Assembly (NCBI GenBank): GCA_001773295.1
Contig: MEWG01000047.1
Coordinates: 1 to 32,212 of the forward strand
Direction of reading: 5' to 3'
Length of the DNA: 32,212 nt
DNA from: a candidate division WWE3 bacterium RIFOXYD1_FULL_39_9
GTDB taxonomy: Bacteria; Patescibacteriota; WWE3; UBA101185; UBA10185
Part shown: positions 15,964 to 24,587 of the stretch, piece by piece
Layout: every line of letters begins with the position of its first letter
How positions within the stretch are numbered: position 1 is the stretch's first letter
Translations under genes and position numbers: made by a program
The notes under the pieces: model-generated
The model's database searches: none
The model's input: the letters and a program-made list of their open reading frames with translations, nothing else
Told to the model about the DNA's origin: nothing

Positions 15964-17277
15964 TTATCCTCTGAAAAAGTTTGCCATTCTATAATTACTA
16001 TTTCTTTGTTTTCTAATTTTATGAATAGTAGTTTTTTGTTCTTCTGGTAGTGTCTTTTTAACTTCTTTCATTTGCATTCTTCTTGTTCTAACAATCTCTT
16101 TATACTTTTGATAAGCATCGCTTTTTGGCTGTGCCTGTCCAAGACCTTTACACCAATAATCATTTCTTAATAATACTTTACACATTCTACGCCATGATGG
16201 AGCCCAGCATTTACTTTCAAGTTCTGGCGGTGCTTCTTCTGGAATAATCGGATAACCCCTTCTGTGCCACCCGTGAATAAACTTTTTAAATCTAAGCGTG
16301 TAATGACTTCTCGTTTTCTTCGGCATTGTTTGCAGAAGCAAATTACAAAAGCTTTTCCATGTATGGTTATCAGGTTTTGTTATTTTATTATAACCACTAA
16401 TGTTGCCATTTTCTTGAACATAAAGCGCTCCAGAATTTGCTCCATTTACTCTTGCAACTAATTTAAACCATGTATTCGGTTCTAAAATATGATAAAGCCA
16501 CAATCCTCTTCTCTGATCGTCTCCAAATGGTTGACACAATCTTTGATGCGATAAAGGGACACCCGCCATTTGCATCTTATCATATATTTTATTGTGAGGT
16601 TTTTCTGGATATTTAGCGTGATACTTCCAAATGTCTTGAGTAAGCCAATCGTAAATAGGATATACGTTATAAACATTATCTGCTATTTTTGTTGTCCATC
16701 TATAGTTGTTGAACATTAAATCTCTTTTTTCCCAAGTAGCAATAGCACAATATCTATGGAGACTTTCTTGTGCTCTGATTCCAATAAAAGCAGCAGTAGG
16801 TTTGTCTTGGCTATACCACTCTCCAACCCAAACAATAAACTCTTCAAACTCCATCTTAGCAACGCCAAACGGATAGTCTTTTTCTGTTTTTATATATGGA
16901 TAATTTGGCTTTTCTCTTATCCAAATATCTTTCTTTTCTTCATCCCAACAAACCCATCTCGGCTCATAATTTGTAACAGCATTTCTTAAAAGCATTGGAA
17001 TACAAATCCAATGCGGATCAATATACTCTTTGTAAATCTTGAACATTTCTTTTGCGTGTTTTATAGTCTCTGCATATTGTGCTTCAAAGTCTATATACAT
17101 GACTCCAACTTTTCGCTTCCTACGCATTGCTTCTTCCATAACAAGATGAAACATAACACTACTGTCTTTACCGCCAGAAAAAGCAACATAGATTCTCTCA
17201 AAATTATCAAATACTATTTTAACTCTTTCTCTTGAAGCCGTTAATACATTGTAGTTTTTATATCTTTTTACACCCAT
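15964..17277 (-). CDS. IbrA/YbdN-like PAPS-reductase-family protein (PP-loop plus DUF3440)
   Basis: AFSGGKDS, GIRAQESLHRY, VYPIYDW, QRLCQPFGDDQ, RVNGANSG and PSWRRMCKVLLRNDYWCKGL. Confidence 0.9.
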   Translation of the reverse strand: MGVKRYKNYNVLTASRERVKIVFDNFERIYVAFSGGKDSSVMFHLVMEEAMRRKRKVGVMYIDFEAQYAETIKHAKEMFKIYKEYIDPHWICIPMLLRNAVTNYEPRWVCWDEEKKDIWIREKPNYPYIKTEKDYPFGVAKMEFEEFIVWVGEWYSQDKPTAAFIGIRAQESLHRYCAIATWEKRDLMFNNYRWTTKIADNVYNVYPIYDWLTQDIWKYHAKYPEKPHNKIYDKMQMAGVPLSHQRLCQPFGDDQRRGLWLYHILEPNTWFKLVARVNGANSGALYVQENGNISGYNKITKPDNHTWKSFCNLLLQTMPKKTRSHYTLRFKKFIHGWHRRGYPIIPEEAPPELESKCWAPSWRRMCKVLLRNDYWCKGLGQAQPKSDAYQKYKEIVRTRRMQMKEVKKTLPEEQKTTIHKIRKQRNSNYRMANFFRG

Positions 17278-17289
17278 AATAAACCGCCA

Positions 17290-18438
17290 TTAATAAATGT
17301 CAGATTGTCTATTTGCATAAGCTTCGTCCATGGTAACTTCTTCACGGTCATTAGCTTTAAGCCATTTATTCAAATATTTTAGAGCAACTTCGTTTGCTTC
17401 GTTCTGTTGTTTCTCAGACATTAGAGAAAATCCACCTCTAAATGTAGACGGAATACCTGTAGCATAACACATGGCAGCTTGTCCAAGCCATGCTATTCTG
17501 TTCATGGCGCTATTTGTTAGGTAGTGTTCGCAAGAATGTTTCCACTCCTTTATAACATGTTCAAGTGTAGCAGCAAATTTCTTTGGGTTAGATAAAAACT
17601 TTTTATACTCTTCTTCGCACTCGCTTTTAGTTTTTCCATGCATTGTAGTATTATAAAAACCAGCCTTATAACATTCCCATTTTTCATATGTGTGGAAAAT
17701 CCTATTTTCATCACTCGTGTTTACTGTTCTAAATTCTTTATCTTCTTCTTTAAAATCGTCTACATCATCGCTCAACTCTTCAAAATCAGATTCGGTTACT
17801 TCTCCTTCAACATCCCATGCTTTTGAAAATTCTTGATCTGAAAATAATTCGATAAGCCCTGTTATTTGACACAAGCGCAAAATTTCATCTTCATCCATTC
17901 CAAGTTCTCTTGAAATTTTTTCATTGTCCCAATTTCTTCTTTTTAATTCTAAGACAATATCAGACATCTTTTCTATCTGATGTTTGCCCCTTGCGCGATT
18001 ATGTCTAATAGTTGCCGCTATTCTATCTGATTTTGATTCTCTTTCATGATTTATAATAGCAAGAGGAAGATAACCTAAAATTCTTTTCTTCGCTTCTTTT
18101 GATTCTTTGCCGACTCTATTTCTATGAAAGCCGTCTACTACTTCGAATATATCTTGTTCATTTCTCCATGCGACAATTGGTTGCGTATAGCCGTCTTCAC
18201 ATATTGATCTTTCAAGCAGTTTCATTTCTGGAGGAGCTACAGAATTTGGATTATAATCATTTGCATGAACCATGTCTGATTTAATCCACTGCACACAATC
18301 AACAGGCTCATTTTTAAATGGACTATACTTGTGAAGTTCTTTTCTTATTTCATTAATTGCTTCGATTAAATCTCTTTGGTTTAAAATATCAAGAGATTTA
18401 AATAAGTCTTTCGATTTCTTAATAACTTCTTTTTTCAT
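17290..18438 (-). CDS. IbrB/YbdM-like ParB-N domain protein with an additional C-terminal domain
   Basis: EPVDCVQW, ANDYNPNSVAPPEMKLL, DGYTQPIV, VVDGFHR, TIRHNRARGKH and an HTH. An extra domain begins at RIFHTYEKWECYKAGFY. Confidence 0.9.
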   Translation of the reverse strand: MKKEVIKKSKDLFKSLDILNQRDLIEAINEIRKELHKYSPFKNEPVDCVQWIKSDMVHANDYNPNSVAPPEMKLLERSICEDGYTQPIVAWRNEQDIFEVVDGFHRNRVGKESKEAKKRILGYLPLAIINHERESKSDRIAATIRHNRARGKHQIEKMSDIVLELKRRNWDNEKISRELGMDEDEILRLCQITGLIELFSDQEFSKAWDVEGEVTESDFEELSDDVDDFKEEDKEFRTVNTSDENRIFHTYEKWECYKAGFYNTTMHGKTKSECEEEYKKFLSNPKKFAATLEHVIKEWKHSCEHYLTNSAMNRIAWLGQAAMCYATGIPSTFRGGFSLMSEKQQNEANEVALKYLNKWLKANDREEVTMDEAYANRQSDIY

Positions 18439-21400
18439 TTTGTCGCTTCCTTAAATGCTTTGCTGAACTCTTCGATTCCTTTTTCAAACAGTTCTCTATT
18501 TCTTGGATTTCTCAATACCGCAGATGGATGAAGGCTCCAAACTACATATGCTTCTAAAGATTTAATCCATTGTCTTTGCCCTGCTAATGTAGTAATGCCT
18601 CCATCCTTTCCTGTAAATGCTTTCAAGCAAATGTTACCACAAGCAAGAACGAGTTTGCATTTAGTCTTCTTTAATTCATCCATTAACCAAGGAAGACATG
18701 CTTGTATATGATCTTCTTTCGGCGTCTTTGTTTTTGAAGGATAGCATCTACAGGCGTTTGAAACATATACATCCGATCTATTGATATTATACTTTGCTAA
18801 AGTACTCCAAAGCAAATCGCCAGCGGGACCAATAAATCCCATTCTTTTAATTGAACCATCTCTCATTTGTACTCCAATGTCTTCTCGTCTTCCTGGCGCT
18901 TCGCCGATTACAAATATATTATACTTTCCAATGCTCGTTAATATTGGCTCTTGCGCTTCTTCTGCTAAACTGCATCGCTTGCACTTTGATATTCTTTCGC
19001 TTCTATACTTTATCTTTTCAGCTTTCAAAATTCTATCTTGCTTCTGTATTAGTTTATTTGATCCTCGCCCACATTCAAAAGGCAAGTACTCACTTAGGTT
19101 ACTTGGAATTGATTCTGGATCATAGGCATCTATCTTTTCTAATGTCTCTTCTATTTTTGTTTTCTTCTTGGCAACAGGATTAATATTAAAAAAGCCTTTG
19201 TTCTTTGGTTTTGCTACTATCTTATTTTCTACACACTTTAAAGCATTACTTTCTCCAAAAGATTTAATTTCTGCAAACGGAGTATAAAGACAATTATCTT
19301 TTATTGTCCACCTTAATGCATCTGATATTCCTATCTTCGGCGGCATTATAGATAAGCCAATTTCTTTTGCTTCATCTATGATATGTTGTTTATGCTTTTG
19401 AACATCTTTCTTCTTTTCATCATATTCACCATAAGATAGAGTAGCACAAAAAAACTCTACTGGATAATGCGCTTTTAAATATGCAGTACGATAAGCAATC
19501 AAAGCATATGCAGTACTATGCCCTCTTCCGAATCCATAACGTGCCCAATGAAGAAGACCGTCCCAAAATTCTCCAGCTTCTTTAGGGCTAAATGTTTTTT
19601 GTTTAGCACAACCATCAACAAATTGCTTTTTATATGGCTCGAATTCTTTAGGGTCTCTTTTCTTTCCTATAACTCTTCTAATACTATCTGCATCTGATTC
19701 TGACATTCCAGCCATTCTGGAAATTACTTTCATCACTTGTTCTTGATACACGAGCTGGCCGTATGTATCTTTTGTAATATCTTCATATATAGGATGATCT
19801 TTATCCCAATGCTTTCCTTTCTTTCTTTCAACATATTCTTCCGTCATGCCGGATTCCGATGGTCCTGGTCGTATAAGAGCAAGTGCAGCGTTAAGATGTT
19901 CAAAGCAAGAGATACCCATTTGAGTACATAATTCTGTCAACGGCCTTGCAGATACTTGAAACAAGCCAGCAGTTTTTCCAGAATCAATAAACTCAAATGC
20001 TTCAGGGTCTTCTTCTGGTATTGTTTCTATTTCAAAGCTTGAGTTGGATTGTTTTATTAAAGTTCGGCACTCTTCTAATACAGATATTGTAGCAAGACCG
20101 AGCACATCAAGTTTCATAAGTCCTTGATGCTCGCAGTTTTTCATATTCCAATTTACTACTTGATAATCTCCACGCTTTACAAGAACGCATCTTGTTCCTT
20201 GTGTTAAATCTTCTCCACTTATAATTACTCCAGCGGCATGTCTTCCAGCATTTCTAAACTGTCCTTCAAGTTTTAAAGCGAGTTTAATTTGCTTTGGATG
20301 TTTCTCTGCAAATTGTTTTGCTTCTGAATTTCTTTCAACAGCATATTCTATTGCACTTCCTTCGTGATCTGGATTGTCCCATATAGAGTTTGCCATATCC
20401 GATACTTCATCATTAGGCAAATCAAATACTCTTCCTATATCACGAATAACCGCTTTACTTTTCATCTGCATTTCAGTAGAGATATAAGCAACATTATTCT
20501 TACCGTAGATTTCAAATAAAGCATCTACTGCTTGCTGTCTATATCTCTTTTCAATATCTAAATCAATATCTGGTAGATCATTGCGGTCCTCAGAAAGAAA
20601 TCTTGAAAAAGGAAGATCATATTTAATTGGATCAAGTCCTTCTGTAATATGAAGTAAATGAGCTATCAATGCTCCAGCTACACTTCCACGACCAGGGCCA
20701 ACTCCCCATCCTTTACTCTTACAATATAAAACAAAATCTTGAACGATTAGAAAGTATCTTGAGAAGTCTTTCTTGCCAATCAAAGCAAGTTCTGTTTCTA
20801 ATCGTTCTTTGTATTCTGTTTTTCTATCAAGGCCAAATTCTCTCAATCCAATTAAGCATCTACTTTTTAATTCTTGAAATTCACTTTGCTCTGATATTTT
20901 ATAAGGAAGATTGGGAAGAGATATATTTTGTTTCTTTATTTCAAAGTTAGAACATCTTTCAGCTATTTGAACGGTTCTTTCAATTGCTTTATATACTTCT
21001 CTCTTTGTAAAGTCTCCTTGCTTTTCAAAGGCTTGAAGCATTTCATCTGCTGTTCTCAAATGAAGACCCTTAAATCCAAACCTCCATCTATTAGGATCAT
21101 TCCACTTAGCATTACTTTGAATAGCTAAAAGAACTTCTTGCGCTTCCCAATCTTCCTCAAGGATATAGTGATTGTCATTGGTTGCAACTAATGGCCATTC
21201 ACTATAATCTTTTTTTATCTTTGCATGAAGTTGTTTCTGGCTCTTGATATTGTGCGGCATAACTTCAATAAATACAGAATCTTTATTTGCTTTCTCATCT
21301 AAGTCTCTAACAAATCTATCAGAAGCATTTATAACAGAAGCAGCGCAACCAGTAAGAAAGATCAAACCATCAAGATTAGAATTTAGAATTTGTTCATAAT

Positions 21401-21758
21401 CGCATCTTGGCCGATGATAGAATCCTTCGAGGCTTGCTTTTGTTAACCACTTGCAGAGAGTTCTCCACCCATTTATATTTTCTACAAGCACTGTTAGATG
21501 GCTTCGCTTTTCTCCTTTGTCTTTCTTATTCATATCCGAAACTACATAGAGTTCGCAGCCGACAACAGGAAGTATATTGGCTTTCTTACATTCCTGCTGC
21601 CACTCAATTGCGCCGTCTACATTTCCGTGATCTGTTAAAGCAATAGATTTAAAGCCAAGCTCTGCTGCTCTTTTAATGTAGTTAGCAGAAGTACCAAAGC
21701 CATCAAGCCAGCTCCGGGTGGAGTGCAAATGCAGATGAACAAAAGAACTGTTATCCAT
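18435..21758 (-). CDS. dnaE: DNA polymerase III alpha (DnaE) with a C-terminal family-4 uracil-DNA glycosylase domain
   Basis: PHP (HLHLHS, TDHG, TNDNHY), GPGRGS, PDIDLD, KLDVLGL, YQEQVM and YGFGRGHSTAY. C-terminal CKRC, IGEAPG, NACRCYP and LHPSAVLR. Confidence 0.95.
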   Translation of the reverse strand: MDNSSFVHLHLHSTRSWLDGFGTSANYIKRAAELGFKSIALTDHGNVDGAIEWQQECKKANILPVVGCELYVVSDMNKKDKGEKRSHLTVLVENINGWRTLCKWLTKASLEGFYHRPRCDYEQILNSNLDGLIFLTGCAASVINASDRFVRDLDEKANKDSVFIEVMPHNIKSQKQLHAKIKKDYSEWPLVATNDNHYILEEDWEAQEVLLAIQSNAKWNDPNRWRFGFKGLHLRTADEMLQAFEKQGDFTKREVYKAIERTVQIAERCSNFEIKKQNISLPNLPYKISEQSEFQELKSRCLIGLREFGLDRKTEYKERLETELALIGKKDFSRYFLIVQDFVLYCKSKGWGVGPGRGSVAGALIAHLLHITEGLDPIKYDLPFSRFLSEDRNDLPDIDLDIEKRYRQQAVDALFEIYGKNNVAYISTEMQMKSKAVIRDIGRVFDLPNDEVSDMANSIWDNPDHEGSAIEYAVERNSEAKQFAEKHPKQIKLALKLEGQFRNAGRHAAGVIISGEDLTQGTRCVLVKRGDYQVVNWNMKNCEHQGLMKLDVLGLATISVLEECRTLIKQSNSSFEIETIPEEDPEAFEFIDSGKTAGLFQVSARPLTELCTQMGISCFEHLNAALALIRPGPSESGMTEEYVERKKGKHWDKDHPIYEDITKDTYGQLVYQEQVMKVISRMAGMSESDADSIRRVIGKKRDPKEFEPYKKQFVDGCAKQKTFSPKEAGEFWDGLLHWARYGFGRGHSTAYALIAYRTAYLKAHYPVEFFCATLSYGEYDEKKKDVQKHKQHIIDEAKEIGLSIMPPKIGISDALRWTIKDNCLYTPFAEIKSFGESNALKCVENKIVAKPKNKGFFNINPVAKKKTKIEETLEKIDAYDPESIPSNLSEYLPFECGRGSNKLIQKQDRILKAEKIKYRSERISKCKRCSLAEEAQEPILTSIGKYNIFVIGEAPGRREDIGVQMRDGSIKRMGFIGPAGDLLWSTLAKYNINRSDVYVSNACRCYPSKTKTPKEDHIQACLPWLMDELKKTKCKLVLACGNICLKAFTGKDGGITTLAGQRQWIKSLEAYVVWSLHPSAVLRNPRNRELFEKGIEEFSKAFKEATK

Positions 21759-21760
21759 TA

Positions 21761-22039
21761 TTACTTTTCTTTCCTAACTCTTTTCACTTTCTCAACTGGC
21801 TTTTTCTTATCTGCCCACATCTTTTTAAATCGTTCTGATGCTGTTGCCTTTTGTTCTTCTGTTCGCTTTCTCATACTGAAAGGATTCTTGCCTGTACGAT
21901 AAGCAAACAAAGCGCAATCTTTACTTTCGCATTTAACTATCATTCTTTGTCCACCAATACAAGAACTACAAAACTCTTTGATAGCTTTCATCGGCGACCC
22001 AAACTTCTTACCGTGTTCTGTTTCTGTGAACTTATTCAT
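21761..22039 (-). CDS. Cys-rich hypothetical phage protein
   Basis: SPMKAIKEFCSSC...C...C.LFAYRTGKNP; basic tail. Confidence 0.75.
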   Translation of the reverse strand: MNKFTETEHGKKFGSPMKAIKEFCSSCIGGQRMIVKCESKDCALFAYRTGKNPFSMRKRTEEQKATASERFKKMWADKKKPVEKVKRVRKEK

Positions 22040-22256
22040 TTAATTTTTTTCTCCTGTTGAAATAATTTTTATTCTTCGGCATCTTGATAGGTCTTATTGC
22101 GTACTTGCTCGTTAGTACTTTCTTATTGTCTTCAAATTGAATTAGTATAGAGTTCATATAGCCTTTAGCCAATACTCTACATTTGTTCCCCTTCCTTTCC
22201 GGCAAATGAGAAGTCCAATGCCATACATAATCGAAGTTATTACTGACAAGATTCAT
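22032..22256 (-). CDS. small hypothetical protein (possibly SH3-like beta fold)
   Basis: Start moved to MNLVSN, which overlaps the upstream stop (ATGA). Confidence 0.65.
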   Translation of the reverse strand: MNLVSNNFDYVWHWTSHLPERKGNKCRVLAKGYMNSILIQFEDNKKVLTSKYAIRPIKMPKNKNYFNRRKKLNE

Positions 22257-22480
22257 AGTGGATTCTCTACTGTGACAGATAGCGGTTGTAATGGTAAATT
22301 GAAAGTCAGCAAACTGATATAGATAATTCCTGTTTCTGCAATTACTTTCTTTTCCTCTGTTGTAAGTTGCCAACAAGTAACGACTATGCCGGTTTCATCT
22401 TTATGCGCTGGCAACGGTTGATATTCTGGTTGATCTTTTGCATAAATACAATTCTCTTCTTTGAAATGAATAGGTATCAT
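22253..22480 (-). CDS. hypothetical protein
   Basis: GAGGA RBS; AKDQPEYQPLPA...VVTCWQLT.EE pattern of a small conserved-looking phage protein. Confidence 0.75.
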   Translation of the reverse strand: MIPIHFKEENCIYAKDQPEYQPLPAHKDETGIVVTCWQLTTEEKKVIAETGIIYISLLTFNLPLQPLSVTVENPL

Positions 22481-22522
22481 AATTTATCCTCTATATTCTC
22501 TTGTTGATAAATTGTCATTTCT

Positions 22523-22789
22523 TTATCTCATAGCAGATGAAGTATACGAACCAACACCAAGAACAAAACCGAAGTCATACCAGCTGCCATTATTATAGAC
22601 AGCATAGACAGCAGTAGAATCACTAAACAAAGATACAATAAAAGAAATAGGAATAATCATTCCATGCCATAAGCCACTCCAGAAACCTACTTGATTCATA
22701 GTCAATGCAAATTGACAATCAACTTTATCTGCACAAGAAGTAATAAGCAATAAAAAAAACAAAGAAGTAATCAATTTAATGTGTTTCAT
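22523..22789 (-). CDS. putative membrane lipoprotein
   Basis: Lipobox-like LLITSC; GFWSGLWHG...YNNGSWYDFGFVLG hydrophobic domain; AAGGAG RBS. Confidence 0.75.
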   Translation of the reverse strand: MKHIKLITSLFFLLLITSCADKVDCQFALTMNQVGFWSGLWHGMIIPISFIVSLFSDSTAVYAVYNNGSWYDFGFVLGVGSYTSSAMR

Positions 22790-23037
22790 TTTTTTCTCCT
22801 TTCTTTTTCATCATTTCTATGCCAAGATTTTTCGCATGGCCAGCACGTTAACATAAGATTGTCAGGATCATTTGTTCCGCCATCTTTTCTATGCTTTATA
22901 TGGTGGATATGCCCTTTCATTTTTCCATTGTTCTCTTTGCTGCCTTTCTCCAAATACAATGCGCAGCCACATCGCTTGCATTTTTTACCATCTCTTTCAA
23001 AGACAAATTTCTTTCGTGCTTGAGATTGTCCAGACAT
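22786..23037 (-). CDS. small HNH endonuclease
   Basis: VFERDGKKCKRCG, IHHIKHRKDGGTNDPDNLMLTCWPC. Confidence 0.88.
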   Translation of the reverse strand: MSGQSQARKKFVFERDGKKCKRCGCALYLEKGSKENNGKMKGHIHHIKHRKDGGTNDPDNLMLTCWPCEKSWHRNDEKERRKK

Positions 23038-23045
23038 GGTACTCT

Positions 23046-23074
23046 ATTATAATAGATTTAGTTGAAAAAATAAA
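23046..23074 (-). promoter_or_regulatory. phage promoter TTTATT-N17-TATAAT upstream of the HNH gene
   Basis: Conserved hexamers and spacing; the -10 element lies only 8 nt from the ATG. Confidence 0.78.
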
Positions 23075-23076
23075 AG

Positions 23077-23970
23077 CTATGTAGGCATGAGTCTAAGCAT
23101 GGAGTCGATATCGTTTAAAGCTTCTCTCATATCTAATTCTTTAAATATCTCTTTTAGTTTTGGCTTATTCAAGACTCCGCGCTTTATATTCTTAGATATG
23201 TTTTCTGGCTTATCTACCATCTCTGTATTTTTTAAATCCATTAATCTCTTTGACAATTCAAAAGACTTTAAATCATCAAATGCTTTTCTTTCAAATTTAT
23301 TTGGAGAGTATTGGCCAGCCATAACAGCTTTTCTAAACGCTCTATAGGAGCCGAACTTTTGCATAATAGACAAAGCTGTTTTTTCTCCAACACCAAAGCA
23401 GCCTGGAATATTATCTCCACTATCTCCTGTCATGGATCGATAGTCCAACCACTGACAGGGGCGCAATCCTTTTACTCTTTTGAAGTTGCTTGAATTTAGA
23501 TATCTGACTTTGGCAATCGATACAGGGTTATATATACTGACATCTTCGTTTATTAATTGATAGAAGTCTTTGTCAGAAGAAACAATTACTACATCCTGCT
23601 CTTTAGTTTCTTGGGCGAAAATAGCAATGACATCATCTGCTTCGGTATTGTGTAGCTCAAAGTAGTCAATAGGAAAGCATAGCAACATCTCCTTAATCTT
23701 AGGCATTTGTAAGTGTAGTTGTTTGATCTTTTCTTCATCTTTGATTTTGTCTCTTTCTTTATAGGCAGGATATAGCTTCTTTCTTTTGATGGAGTGTCCC
23801 CCATCAAATACTATCATTACTTTGTCAACATGACTAAATTTATCTAAGTAATGATATAGCGATTCAAAGAAGCCATATATGGCTTGGGTAGGAAAACCTT
23901 TTTTGGAGGAAAGTGTTTGGGAGGTATTGCAAACGAAAGCAATATTGTTTCCGTCGAGGATTAGAATCAT
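23077..23970 (-). CDS. 5'-3' exonuclease / flap endonuclease (PolA N-terminal, RNase H-like)
   Basis: LILDGNN, VFDGG, YPAYKER, EADDVIA, SSDKDFYQL and GDSGDNIPGCFGVGEKTA. Confidence 0.95.
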   Translation of the reverse strand: MILILDGNNIAFVCNTSQTLSSKKGFPTQAIYGFFESLYHYLDKFSHVDKVMIVFDGGHSIKRKKLYPAYKERDKIKDEEKIKQLHLQMPKIKEMLLCFPIDYFELHNTEADDVIAIFAQETKEQDVVIVSSDKDFYQLINEDVSIYNPVSIAKVRYLNSSNFKRVKGLRPCQWLDYRSMTGDSGDNIPGCFGVGEKTALSIMQKFGSYRAFRKAVMAGQYSPNKFERKAFDDLKSFELSKRLMDLKNTEMVDKPENISKNIKRGVLNKPKLKEIFKELDMREALNDIDSMLRLMPT

Positions 23971-24222
23971 TTAACTAATCTTCCATTTCATTTGTCTACA
24001 CAAACGAACCGCTTCTTTCTTTGTCTTCTTTGCATCCATCCAAAAGTCATAATTATCAACAACAAAAATTGCCCATAGTGTTTCGCCGGTTTCGTTTGTT
24101 TGAGAAATGTGTACGTTTAGATTTCGCTTCAAGGCATATTGAATTGCTTCTTCATAAAAATAAGAAGACTTTTCTTTAAGTTCTTTTGCCCATTCTGTTT
24201 GTTCTATTTCTTCTCTGGTCAT
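23971..24222 (-). CDS. hypothetical protein
   Basis: 83-aa ORF filling the gap; stop abuts the next start. Confidence 0.7.
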   Translation of the reverse strand: MTREEIEQTEWAKELKEKSSYFYEEAIQYALKRNLNVHISQTNETGETLWAIFVVDNYDFWMDAKKTKKEAVRLCRQMKWKIS

Positions 24223-24225
24223 ATC

Positions 24226-24585
24226 TCACACAAGAATAATTTTGTTTTTAGGTTTCAACTTCTTAAACTTCTTTATTGTATCTTCTGTTCCGCCTGTTCT
24301 GTCTTGCGAAACACAAGCAATAAGTATATCTGAATCTTGAGCAATGAAAGAATTTCTAATGTGGCCAGCAGACTTTCCAAGCAAGCTCCACTTAGCATAA
24401 TAAATTGTAATAGGAACTTGCTTGGATTTAGCTATGTACTCTGCAAAGGCATCACCACCTTCAGAACAACCACCAGAAACGATTTCATCTCCATCTTCAT
24501 ATATAGATTGAAATGCTTTGATGACTAAGTTTTTATCAGCAAAAGTGTTTCTTCTTCTTGAGCCGATGATGCCTATCTTTTTCAT
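24226..24585 (-). CDS. SLOG-superfamily protein (DprA/YspA/DUF2493-like)
   Basis: IGIIGSR, IVSGG..GGDAFAE, AGHIRN and GGTEDTI. Confidence 0.85.
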   Translation of the reverse strand: MKKIGIIGSRRRNTFADKNLVIKAFQSIYEDGDEIVSGGCSEGGDAFAEYIAKSKQVPITIYYAKWSLLGKSAGHIRNSFIAQDSDILIACVSQDRTGGTEDTIKKFKKLKPKNKIILV

Positions 24586-24587
24586 AA

